Positions 10,687-19,420 of a stretch of DNA of 64,000 bases are shown here, in pieces; position 1 is the first letter of the stretch; each line of letters starts with the position of its first letter. Source of the DNA: Candidatus Hikarchaeia archaeon HikBin5 (GTDB taxonomy: Archaea; Halobacteriota; Halobacteria; Halobacteriales; Hikarchaeaceae); NCBI GenBank assembly GCA_009889625.1, contig WTZU01000002.1, positions 12,472 to 76,471 on the forward strand, written 5' to 3'. A model generated the notes under the pieces. It was not told the DNA's origin. It saw nothing but the letters and a program-made list of their open reading frames with translations, and did not search any database. The translations under genes were made by a program, and so were the position numbers.

Positions 10687-11790
10687 TTAAATACTATAAA
10701 GTTTTTTGGCGTTTAAACCCCAGATATTTTCTTTGGCTTCTTTGGATATGGGCATAGATTGAATTGCACCCGCATCGTCCCAATCATGGTGAGGGATATC
10801 TGTTGCAAATACAGCAGTTTCCTCCCCATTCACTTGTTCGAGGAGAACAGCTAGCTCAGAGGGATTTTCTGGTACTTCAATCGGGTGAGTTCCAATATAA
10901 AATTCATCTATGTACTCAGATGGTCTTTTTTCTAGAAGGGGTGCTTGTTCCCTATGTTGCATGTATTCACGGTCGAGGCGGTACGCAGTCATGGGCATCC
11001 AGGACAGACCAGCTTCAAGAAAAACGAATTTTAGTTCGGGGTAAAGTACAGGGATTCCTTCATTTACTATGTGCATACAGTTTACTACAAGAGATAATTC
11101 ATGGGCGAGTGTGTGTCTTGTCAAATAAGGAAGTTTATGCATATTGAATGGGAATTCGGGGAAATCCACGCCTACGCTATGGAATGCAATTGGTAATGAA
11201 TGCTCAGTTGCTGCTTCCCAAATGGGACGATAGGTGGAATGGCCATATGTTCTATCTAGGCCACCAATTGGTAGAAAAATGGCTTTCATTTGTTTCTCAT
11301 TTGCCACTCTATCAATTTCTTCAGCTGCAGCATGAGGATCGTGTGGAGCTACCGCGATGGCACCTATTAGGGCATCGCTTTGGTCTAGAAATCGGTCGAT
11401 TAAGTAGTCATTGTATGCACTAGCGAAAGCATTGGCATACTCTACGGATTGTAATATGGGGATTTTAAGAGCATTTTCTCCAAAGAGGACTCCAATGTCG
11501 ACATGATATTTTTTTAATTCCCGTTCGGTGTTTTCTCCATTAGTTAAATCGGGACGTTTAGCATGTTTGGATGCAGGAGAATTTCTAAAGATATCCCCCA
11601 ATTTCATTCCAGGCATATAGCCAGGTGTATCACGGTATCGGTAGGATTTCTCATAGCGTCGGACGGCGTCGTCATAAGGAGGTTCAAAATACTTTGCCAT
11701 CAAACCAGGAGGTTCCTCTATATGGACGTCATTATCTACAACGAAGACATCTTCTAGGGGGCTTTTAGAATTGGATTCGGATTTGGCCAT
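10687..11790 (-). CDS. Amidohydrolase_2 (TIM-barrel) family protein, probable dinuclear metal oxygenase subunit
   Basis: DNDVH, AYNDY, PIAFH, FLEAG.SW, FATDIPHHD, GLNA.KLY; co-oriented with Rieske gene (5 nt gap). Confidence 0.85.
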   Translation of the reverse strand: MAKSESNSKSPLEDVFVVDNDVHIEEPPGLMAKYFEPPYDDAVRRYEKSYRYRDTPGYMPGMKLGDIFRNSPASKHAKRPDLTNGENTERELKKYHVDIGVLFGENALKIPILQSVEYANAFASAYNDYLIDRFLDQSDALIGAIAVAPHDPHAAAEEIDRVANEKQMKAIFLPIGGLDRTYGHSTYRPIWEAATEHSLPIAFHSVGVDFPEFPFNMHKLPYLTRHTLAHELSLVVNCMHIVNEGIPVLYPELKFVFLEAGLSWMPMTAYRLDREYMQHREQAPLLEKRPSEYIDEFYIGTHPIEVPENPSELAVLLEQVNGEETAVFATDIPHHDWDDAGAIQSMPISKEAKENIWGLNAKKLYSI

Positions 11791-11873
11791 GGGAATATAG
11801 TTACATAAGAATTTGAGGTATAAATAAATTCTCTAAGGTGTCAGAAATGATTTACAGAGGTCGTTAGATGAGA

Positions 11874-12449
11874 TTAATTTGAGAGTAGATCAGATACTAG
11901 AACTAGTGCATTTTCTCCATCTGCGTAATAACCCGGTGAAGAGTGATGGAATGAAAACCCAAATTTTTTGTAAAGTGATATTGCGGTTGTATTTCCTTCT
12001 CTGACTTCGAGTTTTACTTTCTTGATTTCTCTTAATCTAAAATCGTGTAAAATTCGGGATAGTAGAAAAGTTCCAACTCCTTTTTTGCGCCAATGGGGAG
12101 ATACAGCCAAATCTTTTATATGTCCAAGGGGAAGATTATCTTCCAAAATTACATCTGCGATTATGAATCCAATTGGAGAAGGGTGGGTGTTAGATATAGG
12201 TAAAATATCCCCCACTGATGAATTTTCAGAAGGAGTAGTGGCCACTAAAAATCCAGGCGTTTCAAGGAAATGATTGAAAATATCAAAAGTCCAAGGAGAA
12301 GGACATGAAAGGCGTTCTATTTGAAGTATTTCAAGTAAATCTTCTTGTCTTGCATGCCGGATGGAGATTTGAGTATTGGCAATGTTATGGGAAGTAGATC
12401 CATGGGATATTGAATCTGCGATCAGAGGGGCTATGAAATCCTCCACCAT
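11874..12449 (-). CDS. rimI: RimI-like GNAT N-acetyltransferase
   Basis: GHIKDLAV.P..R.KGVG..LL, KLEVRE.N..AI.LY.KFGF, YYADGENA; start uncertain. Confidence 0.9.
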   Translation of the reverse strand: MVEDFIAPLIADSISHGSTSHNIANTQISIRHARQEDLLEILQIERLSCPSPWTFDIFNHFLETPGFLVATTPSENSSVGDILPISNTHPSPIGFIIADVILEDNLPLGHIKDLAVSPHWRKKGVGTFLLSRILHDFRLREIKKVKLEVREGNTTAISLYKKFGFSFHHSSPGYYADGENALVLVSDLLSN

Positions 12450-12546
12450 AGTCTCACAGAGTGTTTGTTTGCATGTGATAAAAAAGAAGTGGTATGGAGA
12501 AATTGAGTTCGGCAGGGTTATTTCCATGGCGTCGAACCGAAATCAC

Positions 12547-13008
12547 ATGTTTGAATCGGGTGAATTTGTTTCGAAGAATGTAGAACCAATTGCAGACGTC
12601 CAGATACAACCAAATGGTGTTGATCTTACTCTTTGTTGTGTATTTATCCAGACAGGAAAGGGGCGCATAGAGAAAGGAGGGAAAGAAATTGGAGATCGTG
12701 AAGAAGTAGAAGCCAAGAATGGCAAGTATAAATTAAAACCAGGAGGGTACATAATCAGATATTTTGAAACTGTGAGTATTCCGGAAGGGAATGTTGGATT
12801 TATCTACCCACGTTCTTCGATGCTTCGGAATTCATGCATGGTTAATACGGCAGTATGGGATTCAGGATATAAAGGAAAGGGAGAGAGCTTTTTGCAAGTT
12901 TACAGAGAAATTGAGATAGAAAAAGGAGCCAGAGTTGCACAAATAATTTTTGCCCGCGGGGAAAATTCGGGCGTATATGCAGGAGGATATCAAGGAGAAA
13001 ATTTATAA
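12547..13008 (+). CDS. dUTPase / dCTP deaminase family protein
   Basis: QPNGVDLT, YPRSS..R, TAVWD.GY.G.GE, GARVAQ, Y.G.YQ. Confidence 0.9.
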   Translation: MFESGEFVSKNVEPIADVQIQPNGVDLTLCCVFIQTGKGRIEKGGKEIGDREEVEAKNGKYKLKPGGYIIRYFETVSIPEGNVGFIYPRSSMLRNSCMVNTAVWDSGYKGKGESFLQVYREIEIEKGARVAQIIFARGENSGVYAGGYQGENL

Positions 13009-15417
13009 TTCCGTCAATCCAGCTTCGACGAGGCGAGGGAGGACATGCCGGGGGGTCAATGGACCCTCGAAAAATCGAATTCCTGTTGCGTCATAAACCG
13101 CGTTTGCAACCGCTGCCGGAACAGGGACAGTAGAACATTCACCAGCTCCCTTTTGGCCATGGGAAGTGGAGGGATCTGGATTCTCAAGCTCGTCTATCTT
13201 AGTGATCATAGGAACGTCTGCAGCAGTGGGGAGGTGATAATCAACCAGAGATCCGTTTTCTAGGTTCCCACTTGAATCATATACCATTTCCTCAAGTAAT
13301 ATTTCACCTAGTCCGTGTATAATCCCACCTTGAGTTTGTCCTTCCAGAAGTTTTGGATTGATCAATTTTCCGACATCTTCACATATTGCTGCATCAACTA
13401 CTTGGACTACACCAGTTCCGGGATCAATCTCCACAATGACCCCAAATGCCCCAAATGTATATCCATGGGATATATTTCCGGTTCCGGTTTCAGGGTCTAA
13501 AAATTCTGCCTCGAGTGTTTCAAACTTGGCTGCACCTACCAGAGACACACCTTTTCTGAAAATTTTTGGACGGTCTTCTGGGTCGCCAAATGTAGCTTTG
13601 TGTGCTAGTTCTTTCATAGTCATTCCATTTTCTGGATTTCCTTTTTCGTGAATTAATCCATTCACGATTTCTACATCTTCATCGTTTATTTTTAAGAGCC
13701 ATGCAGAAAGTGAAACGATGGTTTGTTTTAAATTTTCTGCGGCCATTGCAGCTGAAGTTCCACCCATAATAGTTCCCCTATCCGCCCAGACCCCCATATC
13801 ATCTGGAGTTATATCAGAATCCCCTATAACAGGAGTTACATCTTCTGTAGAGATTCCAAGGACGTCGGCAACGATCTGGCAAAGTGCAGTTTCTGTCCCT
13901 TGTCCTATACTGCAAATGCCAGAAAAGACGGTGACTTGCCCATAATGGTTCATCTGAACTATCGCTGAGGAATAATCAGCCCCTTTTGCACTTTTATTTC
14001 CCGCACGTTTCATAATTGTTGCCATGCCAATTCCGCGAAGTTTACCATCATTGCGTTTGGCATTATTACGTTCTTTATCCCATTCGAGACGGTCGCTGAC
14101 TATCCGGAGACACTCTGGCATGTCAGAATTTACCCATTTGAGACCAGAAGGTGTTCGGAGAGGCATGTCTTCTATTTTAGGAACGTTTTTGAGTCGGAGC
14201 TCGACAGGATCCATCCCCAATTCTTCGGCAGCCATGTCAACTAGTTGTTCTCGAACATAAGTGAATTGTGGATCGCCATACCCCCTTACTGCAGATCCTG
14301 GCATTACGTTGGTATACACGACAGATCCTTTGATGCGTTGATTGGGGATAGGGTAAGGACCAGAACAGGTAGCCATCGCGGAAAATGCTATTGTTTTTCC
14401 GAAGCTCCCATATGCACCGGTGTTTTGGAACATTTCGATGTCCATTCCAACGATGGTACCATCTTTTTTCAAACCTAATTTTGCATCGAATGTCTCAGGA
14501 TGTCTGCCCCGACCTGCTTTTAATTCTTCTATCCTATCGAGAACTATGTTAATTGGTTTTCCAGTCTCCATGGCGAGTACTGACGCACATATTTCATGAG
14601 AAAATAGCTCTAGTTTGACGCCGAAGCCACCTCCAATGTCTGGCATTTTACAGACTACCTGCTCTACTTCTAGACCGAAAATGGTGTCGGCAACATACTT
14701 CCTCAATAGATGTGGCACTTGATTTGAAGACCACAGGGTTAATTTGGGAGCAGCTCGGTCATAATGGGCAACGCAACCGTGGGGCTCTAGGGGAGAGGGA
14801 TTTGTTTTGTGTGTTTTGAAAGATCCTTCCACGATTAGATCTGCTTCTGATAAAGGGTCCTCGTAATTGCCGACGTGAACGTGGCATGTATTTAGCAGAT
14901 TTCCTTTGACTTCGCAAACGGGGTCATCACTTAAAGTGGGGTGGAGAACAGGAGCACCTTCGGCCAATGCATCTTTAATAGTAACAACCGCAGGTAGTTT
15001 TTCATATTCGACATGGACTAAATCTGCTGCTTCGATGGCTATATTTTTAGTTTTTGCCAATACAATGGCAACTTCATCTCCGACGTAACGGACTTTATCG
15101 GATGCTAGAGCCTCTTCATCGGGGCGGGTTAGACTAGGATGGCCGAATGGTTTTACATATGGATCAATATCCTCAGCAGTCCAAACCAACTCAACTCCTG
15201 GGAATGCTTTTGCCTCACTTGTATCGATTGAAATTATCCGTGCGTGGGCATGTGGGCTTCTTACAAATCTTGCATATAGCATCCCAGGGAGATGGAGATC
15301 GTCGATGAATTGTCCTTGTCCTGTGACTAATTTTTTCCCTAGTTTGCTATTGACACGTTTCCCTATCTCACGGCTTTTGAGAATTTCTTCATTGGATAAT
15401 ATGGCTTGGCTACTCAT
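13003..15417 (-). CDS. Xanthine dehydrogenase-family molybdopterin-binding large subunit (Mo hydroxylase)
   Basis: VRSPHAHARI, LEPHG, DIGGGFG.K, RGYG.PQ, GQG.ET...QI.A, D.G..INP...EGQ..GG...G.G, KGAGE. Confidence 0.93.
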   Translation of the reverse strand: MSSQAILSNEEILKSREIGKRVNSKLGKKLVTGQGQFIDDLHLPGMLYARFVRSPHAHARIISIDTSEAKAFPGVELVWTAEDIDPYVKPFGHPSLTRPDEEALASDKVRYVGDEVAIVLAKTKNIAIEAADLVHVEYEKLPAVVTIKDALAEGAPVLHPTLSDDPVCEVKGNLLNTCHVHVGNYEDPLSEADLIVEGSFKTHKTNPSPLEPHGCVAHYDRAAPKLTLWSSNQVPHLLRKYVADTIFGLEVEQVVCKMPDIGGGFGVKLELFSHEICASVLAMETGKPINIVLDRIEELKAGRGRHPETFDAKLGLKKDGTIVGMDIEMFQNTGAYGSFGKTIAFSAMATCSGPYPIPNQRIKGSVVYTNVMPGSAVRGYGDPQFTYVREQLVDMAAEELGMDPVELRLKNVPKIEDMPLRTPSGLKWVNSDMPECLRIVSDRLEWDKERNNAKRNDGKLRGIGMATIMKRAGNKSAKGADYSSAIVQMNHYGQVTVFSGICSIGQGTETALCQIVADVLGISTEDVTPVIGDSDITPDDMGVWADRGTIMGGTSAAMAAENLKQTIVSLSAWLLKINDEDVEIVNGLIHEKGNPENGMTMKELAHKATFGDPEDRPKIFRKGVSLVGAAKFETLEAEFLDPETGTGNISHGYTFGAFGVIVEIDPGTGVVQVVDAAICEDVGKLINPKLLEGQTQGGIIHGLGEILLEEMVYDSSGNLENGSLVDYHLPTAADVPMITKIDELENPDPSTSHGQKGAGECSTVPVPAAVANAVYDATGIRFFEGPLTPRHVLPRLVEAGLTEL

Positions 15418-15534
15418 ATAATACTTCTAATGAATTTTGTGTTTTACGGGTATATGTCTGTTACGCAGTTGGGCAGATATTTGAGCATGGAAAAATGGAT
15501 GATTTTTAGAGAGGGTTGCGATAACAAATTTCAA

Positions 15535-15780
15535 TTACCAAACTTTACATTTTTCACATACATATTGGGTTTCTTCAAGCCAATAGTGTGGAGAATGGGA
15601 ACCACAATTGGTGCAGGTAATCCCGGGTTGAGAGGCTGCATAGACAATAGTAAATAAGGGTTCAGATGAATCCTCGAATGTCTCAGAAGGCGCATCTATG
15701 GAAAGGAGAGGGTCTGACTCTATAGTAGGCGCGGGAGAGTGTGGCTTTTGGAAATCGTCCAAAGATCGGTTGACTGGCAT
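15535..15780 (-). CDS. Small zinc-finger protein (haloarchaeal-type CxxCG...W...CxxCKxW)
   Basis: MPVNRSLDDF...CTNCG....W.....VCEKCKVW; start moved to ATG 15780. Confidence 0.75.
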   Translation of the reverse strand: MPVNRSLDDFQKPHSPAPTIESDPLLSIDAPSETFEDSSEPLFTIVYAASQPGITCTNCGSHSPHYWLEETQYVCEKCKVW

Positions 15781-15820
15781 TAACAGGTAATTGATTATAA
15801 GAAGATATAACGTAAAGGTA

Positions 15821-16804
15821 TTACTCCAAGATAGATCCAATTGTGGAAATTGCAAACTCGGGGTCGGGGCCAAGGGGATAACCAACTACAATACTACCAG
15901 TATGTTGGTATATTTCTTCAATTTTTAAAGACACAGTATCCGGAGTTCCAGAAATGCTAAAAGTATTGATCATGTTGTCAGTTACTTTGTCAAAAGCTTG
16001 TTGGAGACTTCCTTTTTTAATTAGATTTTGAATAGAATCTGCAATTGAAAGATCAATGTCATGAGATTGCAAGAGTTTTGAAGATGCACCCGCCACTATA
16101 AAAGCCACAGAGGGACGTGATGCATTTTTTGCCTTATGCGCATCAAGATCGACGCTGATACAGGTATGTGCAGAAAAATCAAAAGTGCCAGGTTTTCTTT
16201 CAGAAAGGGCTATGCAATCATTAGCATATTCCATTGCAATAGATAAATCTTGGAAATGTGCATTGTTGAAAAGAGTCCCATCTGCAATCTCTGTACTTAG
16301 TTTCAAGATATTATTTCCCTGGGTTCCAATGTAAATTGGGAGATGTCCAATGGTGAAATTTAGGCGTGCATTATGAGTAGTTAGATTTGTAAGAGGGCCT
16401 TCATAATTTACTTGTTCCCCACCCCAAAGGGATCGGAGAAGTTCAATTGTTTTGGAGAGATGTAGAAGAGTCTGAGTATGTTTAAGTCCAAAGTGAGAGA
16501 GGGTGGATCTGTCCCCTGCTCCAATGCCAAGAATCGCCCTGCCATCACTTAATTCCCATAGGGTTGCCATCTGAGAAGCTAATGTTAATGGATGAGTAGT
16601 ATAAGGATTCATTATTCCCGGCCCAATTCTTATTGAGTCTGTGGAATTTGCTATGTGAGCTAGTGTAAGGAGAGAATCTCTGTTGTTATAGTGACAGCTC
16701 GTAAAAATCGTGTCAAAGCCAGAAGATTCTGCAATTTCAGAAAGTTTTTTGATTTTCTGAGGAGGCAGGTCGGGGGTCAATTCAATTGCTTTCAAGAATT
16801 CCAC
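15821..16804 (-). CDS. mer: F420-dependent 5,10-methylene-H4MPT reductase-like (luciferase-like monooxygenase fold)
   Basis: IELTP, HYNNRD, IGPG..NPY..HP, GRA.LGIGAGD, G.PLGPD; GTG start overlapping cofE. Confidence 0.87.
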   Translation of the reverse strand: MEFLKAIELTPDLPPQKIKKLSEIAESSGFDTIFTSCHYNNRDSLLTLAHIANSTDSIRIGPGIMNPYTTHPLTLASQMATLWELSDGRAILGIGAGDRSTLSHFGLKHTQTLLHLSKTIELLRSLWGGEQVNYEGPLTNLTTHNARLNFTIGHLPIYIGTQGNNILKLSTEIADGTLFNNAHFQDLSIAMEYANDCIALSERKPGTFDFSAHTCISVDLDAHKAKNASRPSVAFIVAGASSKLLQSHDIDLSIADSIQNLIKKGSLQQAFDKVTDNMINTFSISGTPDTVSLKIEEIYQHTGSIVVGYPLGPDPEFAISTIGSILE

Positions 16805-17544
16805 CTACGTAGTGTTTTTCGAATTACATCGTCTTCGGGTTTTCGGAATAAGTCTATATTTTCAGGGAAGGGGCCAAATTCCCATCCTCGTATGACGACA
16901 ACGGGAGTTCCACCGTTTCCTTCTCCCATTAATAAATTTGCTGCAGAAGCTAGTTCGTCTACAATACACTCTAGAGTGACTTCCAATTCATATCCTTGTA
17001 AGTCATAGGTTCCCCTCCAGTCTCGATGGGCAGAGATTCCTGCCCAACCAATAGCAACTCCGACTTGGCCATATCGAAATGGCCTGCCACAAGTATCAGT
17101 GATTATCACAGAAACATTGGGTGAAAATTGTTTTTTTAATTCTAATGCACTATTAGAAGGATTAATAGGTAGCAAGAGGAGATCATGAGAACCAGTATTA
17201 GATCTATCTATGCCAGCGTTTACGCAGATATGACCGAAATGGGTCTTGCATAGAAGGAAGGGTTTATCAAGAAGAATTTCTGAGCTTTCGTCGAGAACGG
17301 CTTGTGCAAATCTAGGATCTTTGGGTTTTCCCGTGAGCGACTCAAGAGAACTAGCTATAGAATTTGCGCGAGGGGATGGTGAGAAATCAGAGAGGTTTGC
17401 GGCTCTTCCTTCCGATTTAGATACGATAGTACTAGCTATAAGGATGACATCACCTTCAATTAATTCTATATTTTTTTCGACGTGATGGGGTATGTTATCA
17501 CCAGGTTGGATCTCAGGTATACCATCAACAGCGAAGATTTCCAT
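16792..17544 (-). CDS. cofE: Coenzyme F420-0:L-glutamate ligase
   Basis: GIPEI.PGD, ASTIVSK.EGR, NAGIDRSN, ITDTCGRPFR.GQ, DELA.AANLLMGEG..GTP. Confidence 0.93.
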   Translation of the reverse strand: MEIFAVDGIPEIQPGDNIPHHVEKNIELIEGDVILIASTIVSKSEGRAANLSDFSPSPRANSIASSLESLTGKPKDPRFAQAVLDESSEILLDKPFLLCKTHFGHICVNAGIDRSNTGSHDLLLLPINPSNSALELKKQFSPNVSVIITDTCGRPFRYGQVGVAIGWAGISAHRDWRGTYDLQGYELEVTLECIVDELASAANLLMGEGNGGTPVVVIRGWEFGPFPENIDLFRKPEDDVIRKTLRRWNS

Positions 17545-17632
17545 AGTGAGATGTGGTTCTGCAAAGACATAAATTAAAATGATGGTGCATAGAAAAGAAA
17601 AAGTAAATTTCAAGTAGGAATTAGTGAACGTC

Positions 17633-17696
17633 GGTGGTTATGACGAAGGTTACCCCCACTAAGCTCAGTGTGGCGAAACTAATTTACCGAGCCACC
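17633..17696 (+). ncRNA. Candidate C/D-box 2'-O-methylation guide sRNA
   Basis: Intergenic; terminal stem GGTGGT/GCCACC; box C ATGACGA (17640-46), guide AGGTTACCCCCA, D' CTAA (17659-62), C' GTGGCGA (17670-76), box D CCGA (17687-90); guide antisense to GGGGGUAAC. Confidence 0.75.
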
Positions 17697-17721
17697 AATT
17701 AATTATGATAAAAAGAAGATG

Positions 17722-18342
17722 CTATTTAAAAAATTGTAGAAGGTCATCTCTTTTGGATTCGTGTAAAAGATTTTGCAAGATGGAAATCATTGGAGAAATT
17801 TCACCTTTTTTTGCATTGATAGGAGCGATAACATCGGACCATTGTTTCCAAGGAGGGGGCAGGCCAAAACTATGGGATATATCATCCAAAGTGGCATCTA
17901 AATTAGTTATTTTATCTATTTTATTTATTGCTATAATGACTGGAAGTTCCAAATCGATTAAAAAATTATAAAAATCTATGTCATGGGGTAGATCTCCACG
18001 TGAGAAATGACGTTTTATTATTTCCATTGCGCTATTCCCATCGATGACCAAAATTGCTGCCATGATAGAATTTGAATTGGACTCTACATACTGAACTATA
18101 TCTGTTTTTATGGTTTCACGGTATGTAGTTTCCACCCCAGACATAAATCCAAATCCTGGCAAATCAGTGAGCAAAAAATTGTATTTTGGAGAATCGTAAA
18201 AATTTGGTTTTCTAGTGACTCCCGGCTTTTTTCCGGTTTTGAAGGAACGTCCTGTAATCCTCCTCATCAGAGTGGATTTTCCCACATTAGATCTACCAAC
18301 AAGGATAATTTCAGAATCCCTGTTAGGACGTCCCTGGAACAT
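17722..18342 (-). CDS. engB: GTP-binding protein EngB
   Basis: VGRSNVGKST, GKKPGVTR, TDLPGFGFM, NKID. Confidence 0.93.
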   Translation of the reverse strand: MFQGRPNRDSEIILVGRSNVGKSTLMRRITGRSFKTGKKPGVTRKPNFYDSPKYNFLLTDLPGFGFMSGVETTYRETIKTDIVQYVESNSNSIMAAILVIDGNSAMEIIKRHFSRGDLPHDIDFYNFLIDLELPVIIAINKIDKITNLDATLDDISHSFGLPPPWKQWSDVIAPINAKKGEISPMISILQNLLHESKRDDLLQFFK

Positions 18343-18398
18343 ACTATTATATGATTCTATCCCTATTGTTAAGAATACCCTGGTTCATAGCAATAGAA

Positions 18399-19418
18399 TT
18401 ATCGAGGAGGGGGATTTTTCCAAAAGTCCGAAGGGGGGATAAGAGAAATGGCTTTTTTGATTAATTGGGAAGGAGATAAGATTTCGGGCGTAATGATGGT
18501 GGACGGAGAGGGGGAAGGAAGGACATCGGAGGGCACATATAAGTAATGATCGGATTCGATATTAGTAGATAGATCGGATTTGCTGCATACAGTATTAAGT
18601 GGGATATTGAATTGTAACTTAATTTCATCTCTCAAACTTAATTGATTAGGCAATGAATAGCCGCAAGTTTCACTAGCATCGATGAAAAATAAAATGCAAT
18701 CTGCCACGTGTCTGAGTGCAGTTATAGCTTGTTTTTCTATATCATTTCGATCAGACATTGGTCGGTCTAACAGTCCAGGAGTATCTATTAATTGATATCG
18801 AAGGTAGTTGTATTCAATATGGCCTACTAGAACTCCACGTGTTGTGAAGGGGTATGAAGCAATTTCATTTCTGGCATTTGTCGTTACATTGACAAAAGAA
18901 GATTTACCAACATTGGGATAGCCAGCTACTACAATTGTTGGCAAATTGGGGTTTATTGTGGGCAAGTTTTTGAGAGAATGTCTAGCTTCAGATAATACTG
19001 TCAATTCATTTGAAATCCCCCGAACGACAGAGGCCATTCGTGCGAATGCTTGTTTCCTAATTATTCTTGATTGTTCAAGGTTTGTGCCTTTGAGTGAGCT
19101 TTGATATTCGCGGCCGATATCTTTTGTTTTGGTAGAGGCCCATTGAATTTTACCTAGACATTTTCTTAGAATGTCCACCTCAACAAGAATATCTGCTAGT
19201 TCATAATAGAAAGGATGGATAGAATCAAAATCTGGCCAGGTTTGTACAATATTATCAAGATTATCAGAAAGAATATTGGAAGATGTTTGAAGCATGGAAC
19301 GTTGGGCTTGTACACCATATTTTGCTTTTCCTGTTCGTGCTGCTTTTGAAAATGCCTTGTCCAAAAGTTCCTCAGAGGTTGGAGTAGTAGGCAGAGATTC
19401 AAACTCCATAAGATCCAT
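18399..19418 (-). CDS. NOG1-family GTPase
   Basis: EELLDKAFS.AAR, HPFYYEL, AGYPNVGKSS, YPFTT, DTPGLLDRP, D.SE.CGY. Confidence 0.93.
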   Translation of the reverse strand: MDLMEFESLPTTPTSEELLDKAFSKAARTGKAKYGVQAQRSMLQTSSNILSDNLDNIVQTWPDFDSIHPFYYELADILVEVDILRKCLGKIQWASTKTKDIGREYQSSLKGTNLEQSRIIRKQAFARMASVVRGISNELTVLSEARHSLKNLPTINPNLPTIVVAGYPNVGKSSFVNVTTNARNEIASYPFTTRGVLVGHIEYNYLRYQLIDTPGLLDRPMSDRNDIEKQAITALRHVADCILFFIDASETCGYSLPNQLSLRDEIKLQFNIPLNTVCSKSDLSTNIESDHYLYVPSDVLPSPSPSTIITPEILSPSQLIKKAISLIPPSDFWKNPPPR

Positions 19419-19420
19419 GG

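Noticed and set aside
13003..15417. Aerobic CO dehydrogenase CoxL
   Set aside because: Lacks AYxCSFR and AYRGAGR; no coxS/coxM adjacent
17633..17696. Hammerhead ribozyme (TGACGA...CGAAAC)
   Set aside because: No CUGANGA core or three-stem pairing; the C/D-box layout fits better
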